Source of the DNA: Burkholderiales bacterium
GTDB lineage: Bacteria; Pseudomonadota; Gammaproteobacteria; Burkholderiales; JAEUOS01
DNA length: 50,974 bases
NCBI GenBank assembly: GCA_036271855.1
Contig: DATAZV010000324.1
Span: 1-50,974, forward strand
Direction of reading: 5' to 3'
Shown one piece after another: positions 1 through 8,723 of the stretch; within the stretch, counting starts at the first letter, position 1; every line of letters starts with the position of its first letter. A program made the translations under genes and the position numbers. The notes beneath the pieces were generated by a model. It saw only the letters and a list, made by a program, of their open reading frames with translations. It did no database searches and was not told the origin of the DNA.

Positions 1-1
1 C

Positions 2-220
2 CATATCCTGAACGCCAGGAGCTTTCCCGAGAAGGTGCTCGCCGAGCGCAAGGGCGAACTGGAAAAGCTCAAATCCGCCCCCATCATAGTGAGTTGCGAC
101 AACGGCCAGAAGGCCGGCGCCGCGGCGCAAAAGCTGCGCGACATGGGCTTTGCCGACGTCCACGTGCTGCAGGGGGGCTTAAGCGCCTGGCGCGAGGCCG
201 GCCTGCCGGTTGCGAAGTAG
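2..220 (+). CDS. rhodanese-like domain protein, C-terminal part (5' end outside window)
   Basis: The frame is open to the window edge (in-frame HILNARSF upstream of the listed ORF). PIIVSCDNGQKAGAAAQKLRDMGFADVHVLQGGLSAWREAGLP is a typical rhodanese active-site loop and C-terminus. It lies upstream of grxC. Confidence 0.8.
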   Translation, partial: HILNARSFPEKVLAERKGELEKLKSAPIIVSCDNGQKAGAAAQKLRDMGFADVHVLQGGLSAWREAGLPVAK

Positions 221-283
221 CCCGATGTCGGCGCCCGGTGGGCGCCGCGAAGCCGACAATCTGTTACTGATTCAAGGACTGTT

Positions 284-550
284 ATGCCTGCCGTCACCAT
301 GTACGCCACCGCCGTCTGCCCCTTTTGCATCCGCGCCGAGCAATTGCTGCGCTCCAAGGGCGTGACTGAAATCGACAAAATCCGCATCGACCAGGATCCG
401 GCCCAGCGCGACATCATGATGGAGCGCACCGGGCGCCGCACCGTGCCGCAGATCTACATCGGCGAGCAGCACATCGGCGGCTGCGACGATCTCTACGCCC
501 TGGACCGTGCCGGCGGCCTGGAGCCGCTGCTCAAAGGCCAGGCCGCGTAA
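284..550 (+). CDS. grxC: glutaredoxin 3
   Basis: 88 aa with a CPFC active site, TVPQIYI and GGCDDL motifs, in the grxC-secB-gpsA context. Confidence 0.95.
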   Translation: MPAVTMYATAVCPFCIRAEQLLRSKGVTEIDKIRIDQDPAQRDIMMERTGRRTVPQIYIGEQHIGGCDDLYALDRAGGLEPLLKGQAA

Positions 551-585
551 GCCGCGCCGACTCTTCCTCCGGTTTTCCCTTTTCC

Positions 586-613
586 GGCCGCCGCGATGCG
601 CGCGGCCTCTTTT
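586..613 (+). terminator. GC-rich hairpin plus TCTTTT between grxC and secB (possible terminator or attenuator)
   Basis: GGCCGC(C)GCG-ATG-CGCGCGGCC forms a 9-bp stem with one bulged C, followed by TCTTTT. Confidence 0.35.
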
Positions 614-627
614 CCTGAAAGCACTCC

Positions 628-1137
628 ATGGCAGAACAAAACGCAGCCCCCAGCGCGGTCGACGAGACCCAGCCGATCCTCAATTACGAGAAGATCTACA
701 TCAAGGACATGTCGATCGAGATTCCGCATGCGCCGGCGATTTTCCTCGAACAGGAAGCCCCGACCCTGGAGACCCAGCTCAACGTCGAGGGGAACAATTT
801 CGCCGAAGGCCTGTATGAAGTGGTGGTCACCGCCACCGTCACCACCCGAATCAAGGACAAAGTGGTGTTCCTGGTCGAACTCGGCCAGGGCGGGATTTTC
901 CAGATCCGCAATTTCCCGGCGGACCAGATCGACCCGCTGATCGGCATCCATTGCGCTTCGGTGCTCTACCCGTATCTGCGCGCCAACGTCGCCGATCTGA
1001 TCACCCGCGCCGGCTTTCCGGCGCTACACCTGCCGAATGTCAACTTCGAGGCCTTTTACGCCCAGCGCCAGGAGCAGGCACAGGCCGCCGCCGACGGCGC
1101 TAGCGCGCCGACCACCATCATGAGTCCCACCCACTAG
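628..1137 (+). CDS. secB: protein-export chaperone SecB
   Basis: 169 aa. Full-length resemblance to SecB (IYIKDMSIE..P, LYPYLRANVADLITRAGFP, acidic/Q-rich tail). Confidence 0.95.
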   Translation: MAEQNAAPSAVDETQPILNYEKIYIKDMSIEIPHAPAIFLEQEAPTLETQLNVEGNNFAEGLYEVVVTATVTTRIKDKVVFLVELGQGGIFQIRNFPADQIDPLIGIHCASVLYPYLRANVADLITRAGFPALHLPNVNFEAFYAQRQEQAQAAADGASAPTTIMSPTH

Positions 1138-1170
1138 GCGGCGCGCCGCCTGCCCGAGGAGCCGATCGCC

Positions 1171-1629
1171 ATGAAATCTGCATCCATCGCCACCGCCTTT
1201 GCGGTCGTTGCCGGCGTCCTGGCCGGCGCCGCTGCGCTGCCGGCCCTGGCCGCGGAGTACCGCGCGGTGGCCGAGCCGGCGATTTTTTACGATGCGCCGG
1301 CGATCCGCGGCAAAAAGCTGTTCGTCGCCCCCAAGGGCATGCCGGTGGAAGTAGTGATCAGCATCGAAAACTGGGTCAAGGTGCGCGACCGCGGCGGCGA
1401 CCTGATGTGGATCGAGCGCAAGGCCTTGACCGACAAGCGCACCGTGGTGGTCAGCGTGCCGGCGGCCCAGGTGCGCGACAAGCCGGACGACGGCGCCCGC
1501 GTGCTGCTCGATGCCGCCCAGGACGTCAGCCTGGACCTGGTCGAGCCGGCGGTTGCCGGCTGGGCCAAGGTGCATCATCGCGATGGCGTGGTCGGCTATG
1601 TGCGCGTCAGTCAGGTCTGGGGCCTGTAG
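1171..1629 (+). CDS. secreted SH3 domain-containing protein
   Basis: 152 aa. Signal peptide ending ALAAE. Bacterial SH3-like segments (WVKVRD..G..WI and GWAKV...GVVGYV). Confidence 0.75.
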   Translation: MKSASIATAFAVVAGVLAGAAALPALAAEYRAVAEPAIFYDAPAIRGKKLFVAPKGMPVEVVISIENWVKVRDRGGDLMWIERKALTDKRTVVVSVPAAQVRDKPDDGARVLLDAAQDVSLDLVEPAVAGWAKVHHRDGVVGYVRVSQVWGL

Positions 1630-1650
1630 GGTGCGCATGACTTGTCTGTC

Positions 1651-2631
1651 ATGAACGTCGGCATCCTCGGTGCCGGCGCCTGGGGCACTGCCCTGGCCGG
1701 CGCGCTGGCGCGGCGCATGCCGGTGACGCTGTGGGCGCGCGAGGAAGGCTTGCCTGCCGCCATGCGGCGCGACCGCGAGAACAAGCAGTTCCTCCCCGGC
1801 ATCCCCCTGCCCGAGGCAGTCGAGCCCACCGAGGATTTCGAGCTTGCGGCGCGCGCGCAACTGGTGATCGCCGCCACTTCCGTGGCGGGCCTGCGCCCAA
1901 CCCTGAAGCGCCTGAAGGCGTTGCGTTCGGACGTGCCGGTGATCTGGCTGTGCAAGGGCTTCGAGCAGGGCACCGCCAGGCTGCCGCACCAGGTCGCGCA
2001 GGAAACCCTGGGCGAGCATGCCACTTGCGGGGCGCTTTCCGGCCCGAGCTTTTCCGCCGAGGTGGCGCGCGGCCTGCCGGTGGCGCTGACCCTGGCTTCG
2101 CCTTCGCTGGAGTTCGCCGCTTCCGCCGCCGCGACCCTGCACGGCGGCAACATCCGCGTCTATTCGAGCAACGACTTGGTCGGCGTCGAAGTCGGTGGCG
2201 CGGTGAAAAACGTGATGGCGATCGCCGCCGGCATCAGCGACGGCCTGGGCCTGGGGCACAACGCCCGCGCCGCCCTGATCACCCGCGGCCTGGCCGAAAT
2301 GGCGCGCCTGGGCACCGCGCTGGGCGGACGCACCGAAACCTTCATGGGCCTGACCGGCATGGGTGACCTGATCCTCACCGCCACCGGAGACCTGTCGCGC
2401 AACCGCACTGTCGGAAAAAAAATCGCCGACGGCGGCAAGCTCGACGATGTATTGGGTCACCTCGGGCACGTCGCCGAAGGCGTGCCCACCGCGCGCGAAA
2501 CCCTGGCGTTGGCGAAAACGCTGGGCGTCGAGATGCCGATCACCGAGGCGGTCTGCGCCGTGCTGTTCGACGGCGTCGATGCGCGCGAGGCGGTGTCCGC
2601 GCTGCTGTCGCGCGATCAGCGCGCGGAATAG
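1651..2631 (+). CDS. gpsA: NAD(P)H-dependent glycerol-3-phosphate dehydrogenase
   Basis: [10 protein letters not shown] dinucleotide fold and [21 protein letters not shown] motif. ATG at 1651 is preferred over the in-frame TTG at 1642. Confidence 0.95.
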   Translation: MNVGILGAGAWGTALAGALARRMPVTLWAREEGLPAAMRRDRENKQFLPGIPLPEAVEPTEDFELAARAQLVIAATSVAGLRPTLKRLKALRSDVPVIWLCKGFEQGTARLPHQVAQETLGEHATCGALSGPSFSAEVARGLPVALTLASPSLEFAASAAATLHGGNIRVYSSNDLVGVEVGGAVKNVMAIAAGISDGLGLGHNARAALITRGLAEMARLGTALGGRTETFMGLTGMGDLILTATGDLSRNRTVGKKIADGGKLDDVLGHLGHVAEGVPTARETLALAKTLGVEMPITEAVCAVLFDGVDAREAVSALLSRDQRAE

Positions 2632-2667
2632 TTACGCGGGAGCCACCGCTTCGCGGCTCTCCGAACG

Positions 2668-3132
2668 TCAGGCGCCGCCGGCGAAGCCCAACTGGCGCCA
2701 GGCTTCCAGCACCACTACCGCCACCGCATTGGAAAGATTCAGGCTGCGGTTGTTCGGGCGCATCGGAATGCGCAGCCGGTGTTCGTTGGCGAAGGTGGCG
2801 AGCAACTCTACCGGCAAGCCGCGCGTCTCCGGCCCGAACACGAACACGTCTTCATCACGGAATTCGATTGCGCTATAGACCCGGCTGTTGCGCGTCGACA
2901 GCGCAAACAGGCGCTTGCCCTCGAGCACCTTCGCACAATCCGCCCAGTTCGCATGCACCTGCAGACTGGCGTACTCGTGATAATCCAGCCCCGCGCGCTT
3001 GAGCTGCGCGTCTTCCAGCGTGAAGCCCAGGGGCTCGACCAGATGCAACTGCGCGCCGGTGTTCGCCGCCAGGCGGATCACGTTGCCGGTGTTGGGCGGA
3101 ATCTCGGGTTCGTAGAGGACGATGTGCAGCAT
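2668..3132 (-). CDS. trmL: tRNA (cytidine/uridine-2'-O)-methyltransferase TrmL (SpoU family)
   Basis: 154 aa. [21 protein letters not shown] and [11 protein letters not shown] SpoU/TrmL motifs. Confidence 0.9.
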   Translation of the reverse strand: MLHIVLYEPEIPPNTGNVIRLAANTGAQLHLVEPLGFTLEDAQLKRAGLDYHEYASLQVHANWADCAKVLEGKRLFALSTRNSRVYSAIEFRDEDVFVFGPETRGLPVELLATFANEHRLRIPMRPNNRSLNLSNAVAVVVLEAWRQLGFAGGA

Positions 3133-3201
3133 GGTGGCGGGTGCCGCGCGCGGGTCAAATCAGCAGGCGCGGATTGTCGCATGCTGCCAGGCCGCTCGGC
3201 G

Positions 3202-3687
3202 TCAGTCGAAAATGCCGAGCACGTCGAACACGCCGCCGGCGACATCGGCGACATCCAGCGCGGTATCGGCCAGGTCAAGCACATCGCCCAGCGCGCTGCG
3301 GTTCGGGTCGTCTTCTCCCAAAGGGGCCGCCGCTACCGCGCCTGCGGCCAGTGCGCCCGCGGCCACCGCGCCGCCCGTCCTGGCGGCGACAGGCGCCAGC
3401 GGCTGGTCGATGAATTGCAGCGCAATTTTTCGTGTGGCCGCGTAGTCGGCGCCGATGCCATGCGCGGCACAGTATTCGTCAAACTCCGGGCCGGTGCAAA
3501 AAATTGCCATCGGCCAGCCGGCCCAGCCGACCGAAAAACTGGCGGCGGCCACCGCCGCTCGGACTTCGCCAGACGAGTACATCTTGCGCCGCCCGTGTGC
3601 CGCGTTCAGGCGCATCGCGGTCTCCGAAATGACCATGCGCTTGAAGCGGTCGGCGATCAGCGGCAGGGGCGTCGTTGGCGTGCTCAT
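3202..3687 (-). CDS. hypothetical protein with acidic C-terminal tail
   Basis: 161 aa. Strong GC3 bias in this frame supports coding. I recognise no family. Confidence 0.65.
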   Translation of the reverse strand: MSTPTTPLPLIADRFKRMVISETAMRLNAAHGRRKMYSSGEVRAAVAAASFSVGWAGWPMAIFCTGPEFDEYCAAHGIGADYAATRKIALQFIDQPLAPVAARTGGAVAAGALAAGAVAAAPLGEDDPNRSALGDVLDLADTALDVADVAGGVFDVLGIFD

Positions 3688-3783
3688 GCGGGTATATTAC
3701 CCCCAGGGCGCGCCGGGGTATCCCGCAAGCAGATGTGCAACCTACGCTTGCAATCCCGCCTCTGCGCACCCAGCTTACGGCTC

Positions 3784-4788
3784 ATGATTCCCTTATCCGT
3801 CCTCGACCTCGCGCCGATTGCCCAAGGCAGCAACGCCTCGCAATCCTTTCGCAACACCGTCAGCCTGGCGCAGCATGCCGAGGCGCTGGGCTACCGGCGC
3901 TACTGGCTGGCTGAGCACCACGGCATGCCGGGCATTGCCAGCGCGGCTACCTCGGTGCTGATCGGGCAGGTGGCGGCGCATACCAAAAGCATACGGGTCG
4001 GCGCCGGCGGCATCATGCTGCCGAACCATTCGCCGCTGGTGATCGCGGAGCAGTTCGGCACCCTGGAGGCGCTGTTCCCCGGGCGCATCGATCTCGGCCT
4101 GGGCCGCGCGCCGGGTTCGGACCAGACCACGGCGCGCGCCCTGCGCCGCAAGCTGGAGGAGGACGCCGACGAATTTCCGCGCGACGTGGTCGAGCTGATC
4201 AACCACTTCGAGGCGCCCGAGCCGGGCCAGAAAATCGTCGCCGTGCCCGGCGCCGGCCTGCGCGTGCCGGTGTGGATCCTCGGCTCCTCCCTGTTCGGCG
4301 CGCAACTGGCGGCCCATCTCGGCCTGCCCTATGCCTTCGCCTCCCACTTCGCGCCGCAGGCGATGATGCAGGCCATCGAAATGTATCACCAGCTGTTCCG
4401 CCCTTCGGAGTTCCTTGCCAAGCCCTATGTCATGCTCGGCATCAACGTGTTCGCCGCCGACACCGACGAGCAGGCGCGCCTGCTCTATACCTCGCTGCAG
4501 CAAGCCTTCGTCAACTTGCGCAGCGGCCGCCCCGGCATGCTGCCGCCGCCGGTCGCGGGCTATACCGAGCAGCTCGGCGTGCAGGAAAAGGCGCTGATCG
4601 CCAGCGCCCTGTCCTGCTCGGTAGTCGGCGACCCGGACCAGGTGCGCCGCGGCGTGGAGGAATTCGCCAGCCGCACCGGCGCCGACGAACTGATGGTCAC
4701 CGCGCAAATCTTCGACCACGCCGCGCGCCTGCGCTCCTACCAACTCACCGCCGCAGCCTGCGGGCAGAGCGCTGCGCCGACACCATGA
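3784..4788 (+). CDS. LLM-class (luciferase-like) flavin-dependent oxidoreductase
   Basis: [12 protein letters not shown]...[25 protein letters not shown]...[11 protein letters not shown] is typical of the YhbW-like LLM family. The start lies inside the long listed ORF 2779..4788, whose upstream part is non-coding read-through. Confidence 0.85.
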   Translation: MIPLSVLDLAPIAQGSNASQSFRNTVSLAQHAEALGYRRYWLAEHHGMPGIASAATSVLIGQVAAHTKSIRVGAGGIMLPNHSPLVIAEQFGTLEALFPGRIDLGLGRAPGSDQTTARALRRKLEEDADEFPRDVVELINHFEAPEPGQKIVAVPGAGLRVPVWILGSSLFGAQLAAHLGLPYAFASHFAPQAMMQAIEMYHQLFRPSEFLAKPYVMLGINVFAADTDEQARLLYTSLQQAFVNLRSGRPGMLPPPVAGYTEQLGVQEKALIASALSCSVVGDPDQVRRGVEEFASRTGADELMVTAQIFDHAARLRSYQLTAAACGQSAAPTP

Positions 4789-5222
4789 GCTACGAAAAAC
4801 TCAGGCGCGCCCTCGATGCCGGGTTGTTCGATCCGGAACTGTGCGAGATCGTTCCCCCGCCTTCGGAGGCCGATATTGCCCGCGCCGAGCAGGCGCTGGG
4901 CGTCGCCTTCAGCGCCGAGCATCGCACCCTGCTGCTCGAATGGGGCGGCAGCGATCTGCACGAAATAGTGATTCACGCGCCCGACCAGGTGCATGTGAAC
5001 GAGGGCCTGGTCGAATTCGCCGCCGATTACGCCGGCAACCTGTTCCACTACGCGCCCGATGAAGGCGGCGCGGTCTACGCCGACGACGTGCAAAGCGGCG
5101 AGACCATTTTCCTTGCCGCCTCCCTGCCCGAATTCATCAACGAGCTGCTGCTGGGCGCCAAGGGGGAAGACTTCTACGGCGAGGATTGGGTGCGCGAACT
5201 GAAGGTGCTGGGACTGGCGTAA
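4785..5222 (+). CDS. SMI1/KNR4 (SUKH) family protein
   Basis: 145 aa. [25 protein letters not shown] is a typical SMI1/KNR4 N-terminal signature. Its ATG overlaps the LLM stop (ATGA). Confidence 0.8.
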   Translation: MSYEKLRRALDAGLFDPELCEIVPPPSEADIARAEQALGVAFSAEHRTLLLEWGGSDLHEIVIHAPDQVHVNEGLVEFAADYAGNLFHYAPDEGGAVYADDVQSGETIFLAASLPEFINELLLGAKGEDFYGEDWVRELKVLGLA

Positions 5223-5247
5223 CCGTATCCGGCCACGCCATGCGCCT

Positions 5248-6225
5248 TTAGTTCAGCGCCGTCGCCAGCCTGCGCCGGTAGGCCGAGACCAGGTCGGCAA
5301 ACTGCTCGTTGCCGCCCAGCATGGCGAACACATTGAGCATCGCCTTACGGGCCGCTTCCTCGTTCCATTTGCGGTTGGTGATGACGATCTCCAGCAGGTG
5401 ATCCAGCGCCTGCTCGAAATCCCCTTCGGCGATCAGCGCCTGCGCCAGGTCGTGGCGCGCCTGCGCGTCCTTCGGGTTGGCGTTCACCTTGGCCAGCAGC
5501 TCCTCGGTGGCGGGCAGGTCCTTCACCGCTTCGAGCGTGACGATGCGCGCCTTCAGGCTTTCCAGCCGGGCGGCGTCCTCGCGCGCCTCGGGCTTTAGCT
5601 CGACCATTTCCAGGTGCTGTTTGGCGGCATCGAAGCGGTCGGCCGCCAGTTCCAGTTCGGCCAGGTCCATGCGCGCGCCCATCGAGCCGGGGTCCAGGGC
5701 CAGCGCGGCCTTGAGCGCATCGATGGCGCCATCGAGGTCGCCGTTTTGCACCTTGTACGCGGCTTCCTGGCGCTTGGCATCGGCCGGGGTCAGCGGGGCG
5801 GCAGGCGGCGCCTGGTTTTCCAGGGCGGCGGCGGCTTCCGGCATCGCCTGGGCGAACATTCCCAGCACCTTGTCGAAAAACGCGCGAATCTGCGGCTCCG
5901 GCTGCACGCCCAGGAACTGGTCGGCCAACTGGCCGCCAACCAGGGCGGCGACGTAGGGAATGCTGCGCACCCGGAAGGCGGCGGCGATTTCCTGGTTTTC
6001 GTCCGAATTGATCTTCACCACCTTGACCTTGCCGGCGTATTCCCCCGCCAGCTTTTCCAGGATAGGGGTGAGGGCGCGGCAGGGGCCGCACCAGGGGGCC
6101 CAGAAGTCGATCACCACCGGCTGGTGCATCGACGCCTCGATCACCTCCGTCTCGAAGGTCGCTGTAGTGACGTCCGTGGTGGCGTTGCTGGTGGTCGCTG
6201 CGGGGGCGTTTGGTTGCGGGGTCAT
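5248..6225 (-). CDS. thioredoxin-domain plus TPR co-chaperone (YbbN/CnoX-like)
   Basis: N-terminal thioredoxin fold with WCGPC, and a C-terminal TPR-like helical repeat region. Confidence 0.85.
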   Translation of the reverse strand: MTPQPNAPAATTSNATTDVTTATFETEVIEASMHQPVVIDFWAPWCGPCRALTPILEKLAGEYAGKVKVVKINSDENQEIAAAFRVRSIPYVAALVGGQLADQFLGVQPEPQIRAFFDKVLGMFAQAMPEAAAALENQAPPAAPLTPADAKRQEAAYKVQNGDLDGAIDALKAALALDPGSMGARMDLAELELAADRFDAAKQHLEMVELKPEAREDAARLESLKARIVTLEAVKDLPATEELLAKVNANPKDAQARHDLAQALIAEGDFEQALDHLLEIVITNRKWNEEAARKAMLNVFAMLGGNEQFADLVSAYRRRLATALN

Positions 6226-6321
6226 GGCCTTGCTCGTCTTGTTGGAATTTGAAGCGGAATTCGATAGATGGGCGCCCGGCGCGCCTGTTTCAAGCCGCGC
6301 CGGCCGGACAGGAAGCGGATT

Positions 6322-7071
6322 TTAAGCCTTCGCGGGCGCCATCGCCGCCGGCAGGGTGCGCGCCAGCACCCAGTTGGTGACGCGCACCGCGCCGGCCTTC
6401 TTCAAAGTCCTGGCCATTTCGTTCAGGGTGCTGCCGGTGGTCATGACGTCGTCGACCACCGCCACCGAGAGGCCATCGAAGCGCCGCGCCGCCGTGTAGG
6501 CGCCGCGGATGTTCTTCGCACGCTCCTTCCACGGCAGCTCGGCCTGCGGCGGCGCGTGCTTGTGGCGCGTCACCGCCTGCGCATCCAGTTTCAGGTGGTG
6601 CTGCCGCGCCAGCAGGCGTGCCAGCGCGTGCGCCTGGTTATAGCCGCGCTCGGCCAGGCGCGGCGCCGCCAGCGGCGTGGCGATGACCAGGTCGACGGCG
6701 GCGTTTTCATCGTTCAACGCCTCTCCCAGCAGGGCGGCGAAGCTGCGCGCCAGGCCCAGCCGACCCTGGTACTTGAAGGCCTGGATCGCCGCGTCCAGCG
6801 GATAGCCGTAGGCCAGCGCCGCCACCGTGGCATCGTAATGCGGCTTTTCGCTCAGGCAGCGCCCGCACAGGTTGCCGGCCGGCGAGGGCAGGGCGCAGCA
6901 GCGGCAGCGTGCCTGCGGCAGGCGCGGCAGGGCGGCGCTGCAAGGTGCGCACAGGGCCGAGGGACTTGCCATGCCGCAGAAATAGCAGTCCTGGGTGCGC
7001 ATTTGCGCCAGCAAGGCGCCCAGCATGCCGCGCATGCCGGGGGCGTCGGAAGCATAGGCGGGGCGACTCAT
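6322..7071 (-). CDS. comF: ComF family protein (phosphoribosyltransferase domain)
   Basis: N-terminal Cys clusters (CYFCG..CAPC..CRCC..CGRC) and PRTase motif VAVVDDVMTTGSTL. The start is taken at MSRPAYAS; the upstream part of ORF 6322..7404 overlaps the next gene. Confidence 0.85.
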   Translation of the reverse strand: MSRPAYASDAPGMRGMLGALLAQMRTQDCYFCGMASPSALCAPCSAALPRLPQARCRCCALPSPAGNLCGRCLSEKPHYDATVAALAYGYPLDAAIQAFKYQGRLGLARSFAALLGEALNDENAAVDLVIATPLAAPRLAERGYNQAHALARLLARQHHLKLDAQAVTRHKHAPPQAELPWKERAKNIRGAYTAARRFDGLSVAVVDDVMTTGSTLNEMARTLKKAGAVRVTNWVLARTLPAAMAPAKA

Positions 7072-7087
7072 GATGGCGCGCCCCGGC

Positions 7088-8257
7088 CTAGACCTCGATG
7101 CCGCGGTAAATCCAGTCCACCTCGAAAAAATTCTCCGGACCGCGCTGCCCCGCCAGATGGTTGCGCAGGTCGCGCGCGCCGCCGCCGGCATGGCAGACGT
7201 GGCCGAAAAAGCGCGAAGTGAGGGTGATGCGCGCGGCGCGCAGATAGCGCGCGTCCTCGTAGGACTGCAGTGTCTGATTGACCGGCGCTCCGTTGCGCGC
7301 AGCCATCTTCGCCGCCAGCACCACGCCGTCTTCCATCGCCATGCAGGCGCCCTGCGCCAGGTATTGCAGGGTCGGGTGGGCGGCGTCGCCCAGCAGGGTG
7401 ACATTGCCCTGGGTCCAGCCGGCGGTGGGCTCGCGGTCGCACATCACCCAGCTGCGCTCGGTGGAAATGAAGCCCAGGGCGTCGCGCACGTAAGGCACCA
7501 TGCCGGAGAAGATGCGCCGCACCTCATCCATGCTGCCCCAGTCGGCGCGGCCCTGCTTGTATTCCTCGCTCTCGATCACGCAGACGTTGTTGAGCACGGT
7601 GCCGCCGCGCAGGCGATACTGCACCAGGTGCAGGTTGGGCCCGACCCAGATCACCATGTCGTCGACAAAGCGGGTGTCGCTCACCTTGTCCATCGGCACC
7701 ACGCCGCGATGCGCCACATGGCCGGAGACGCGCGGCTCGCCGTCGCCGATGATCTGCTGGCGGCCCGCCGAGCGCAGGCCATCGGCGCAGATCAGCATCT
7801 CGCCCTCGACCTCGCGGCCATCGTCCAGCGTCACCTGCACCCGGCCGCCGTCCTGCCTGAAAGACTTCAGGCCGCTGGAGGTTTCCAGCGACACCAGCTC
7901 CGGCTTGTCACGGCAGGCGTCCAGTAGCGCACCGTGCAGGTCGCGGCGGTGGATTACCGCATAGGGCCATTTGTACTGGTGGCGGAACGCCCCCTTGAGG
8001 TGGATGCGCGACACCTCGCGGCCGTTGGTGGCGTCCTGCATCACCAGGTTATTGGGGAAAAACGCGGTCGCTTCCAGCGCCTCGCGCACCCCCAGGCGCT
8101 CCAGCATCTCGAAGGCGTTGGGCCCGAGCTGGATGCCGAAGCCGATTTCGCCGAATTCCGGCGCGCGCTCCAGCACCCGCACCTTGAAACCCTTTTGCGC
8201 CAGCGCCAGCGCGGCGGAAATGCCGCCGATGCCGCCACCCGCGATAAGTATGGTCAT
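7088..8257 (-). CDS. FAD-dependent aromatic-ring monooxygenase (3-hydroxybenzoate 6-hydroxylase / salicylate hydroxylase-like)
   Basis: MTILIAGGGIGGISAALAL (GxGxxG), ICADGLRS and LLGDAAHP motifs. AGGAAA ribosome-binding site ahead of the ATG at 8257. Confidence 0.85.
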   Translation of the reverse strand: MTILIAGGGIGGISAALALAQKGFKVRVLERAPEFGEIGFGIQLGPNAFEMLERLGVREALEATAFFPNNLVMQDATNGREVSRIHLKGAFRHQYKWPYAVIHRRDLHGALLDACRDKPELVSLETSSGLKSFRQDGGRVQVTLDDGREVEGEMLICADGLRSAGRQQIIGDGEPRVSGHVAHRGVVPMDKVSDTRFVDDMVIWVGPNLHLVQYRLRGGTVLNNVCVIESEEYKQGRADWGSMDEVRRIFSGMVPYVRDALGFISTERSWVMCDREPTAGWTQGNVTLLGDAAHPTLQYLAQGACMAMEDGVVLAAKMAARNGAPVNQTLQSYEDARYLRAARITLTSRFFGHVCHAGGGARDLRNHLAGQRGPENFFEVDWIYRGIEV

Positions 8258-8609
8258 GTTGTTTCCTGAAGCAATGCATAGTTGATCAACATCACGTGCA
8301 TTGTACGTATGCCAACCGGATTTGCCTTCATGCATCGCGGCATGCGGGGCATGCGGCGCGAAATGACAATAAATGAGGGTGATTTTTTGAAAATATCTTG
8401 CCGGTTACCACAAGCGTGTTGGGCAAGCGTCCCATGCCATGGGCTTTTTCGGGCGCGCGTCGACCTTGACCCCGACCTCGAAGCCGCACGCGGCGCACGG
8501 GCATGCACCAATCTGTCCAGGGTGTTGTTCATCCTGGTGACTAACATACGCAAGTCGGTCAACTAAGTGTGGATGATTTGTATGCGATCCGCGGGATGGT
8601 GTAACCCCG

Positions 8610-8627
8610 CTGTCACAAAAGATTCAT
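8610..8627 (+). promoter_or_regulatory. candidate Pho box upstream of the phoX-like gene
   Basis: CTGTCACAAAAGATTCAT matches the E. coli-type consensus CTGTCATAWAWCTGTCAY at 14 of 18 positions, with the 11-bp repeat phasing, about 97 nt upstream of the ATG. Confidence 0.35.
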
Positions 8628-8723
8628 AACATCCTCGCAGGCCCGTGCGGGGGACAAGTCAGCTCGCGCGCGCGGGACGTATTGCATTCGCATGCGTCCT
8701 TCCCGACCTCAAGGAAACTGCGC

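Noticed and set aside
1024-2469. 481-aa minus-strand ORF over the SH3 gene and gpsA
   Set aside because: It is antisense to two recognisable genes and has low-complexity composition.
7088-8257. Gentisate or salicylate degradation pathway
   Set aside because: Only the hydroxylase is present. There is no gentisate dioxygenase, isomerase, hydrolase or pathway regulator nearby, so no pathway is claimed.
8254-8566. 102-aa and 94-aa ORFs in the monooxygenase/phoX intergenic region
   Set aside because: They show low GC3, have no ribosome-binding site, mutually overlap on opposite strands, and show no family resemblance. They are treated as regulatory DNA.
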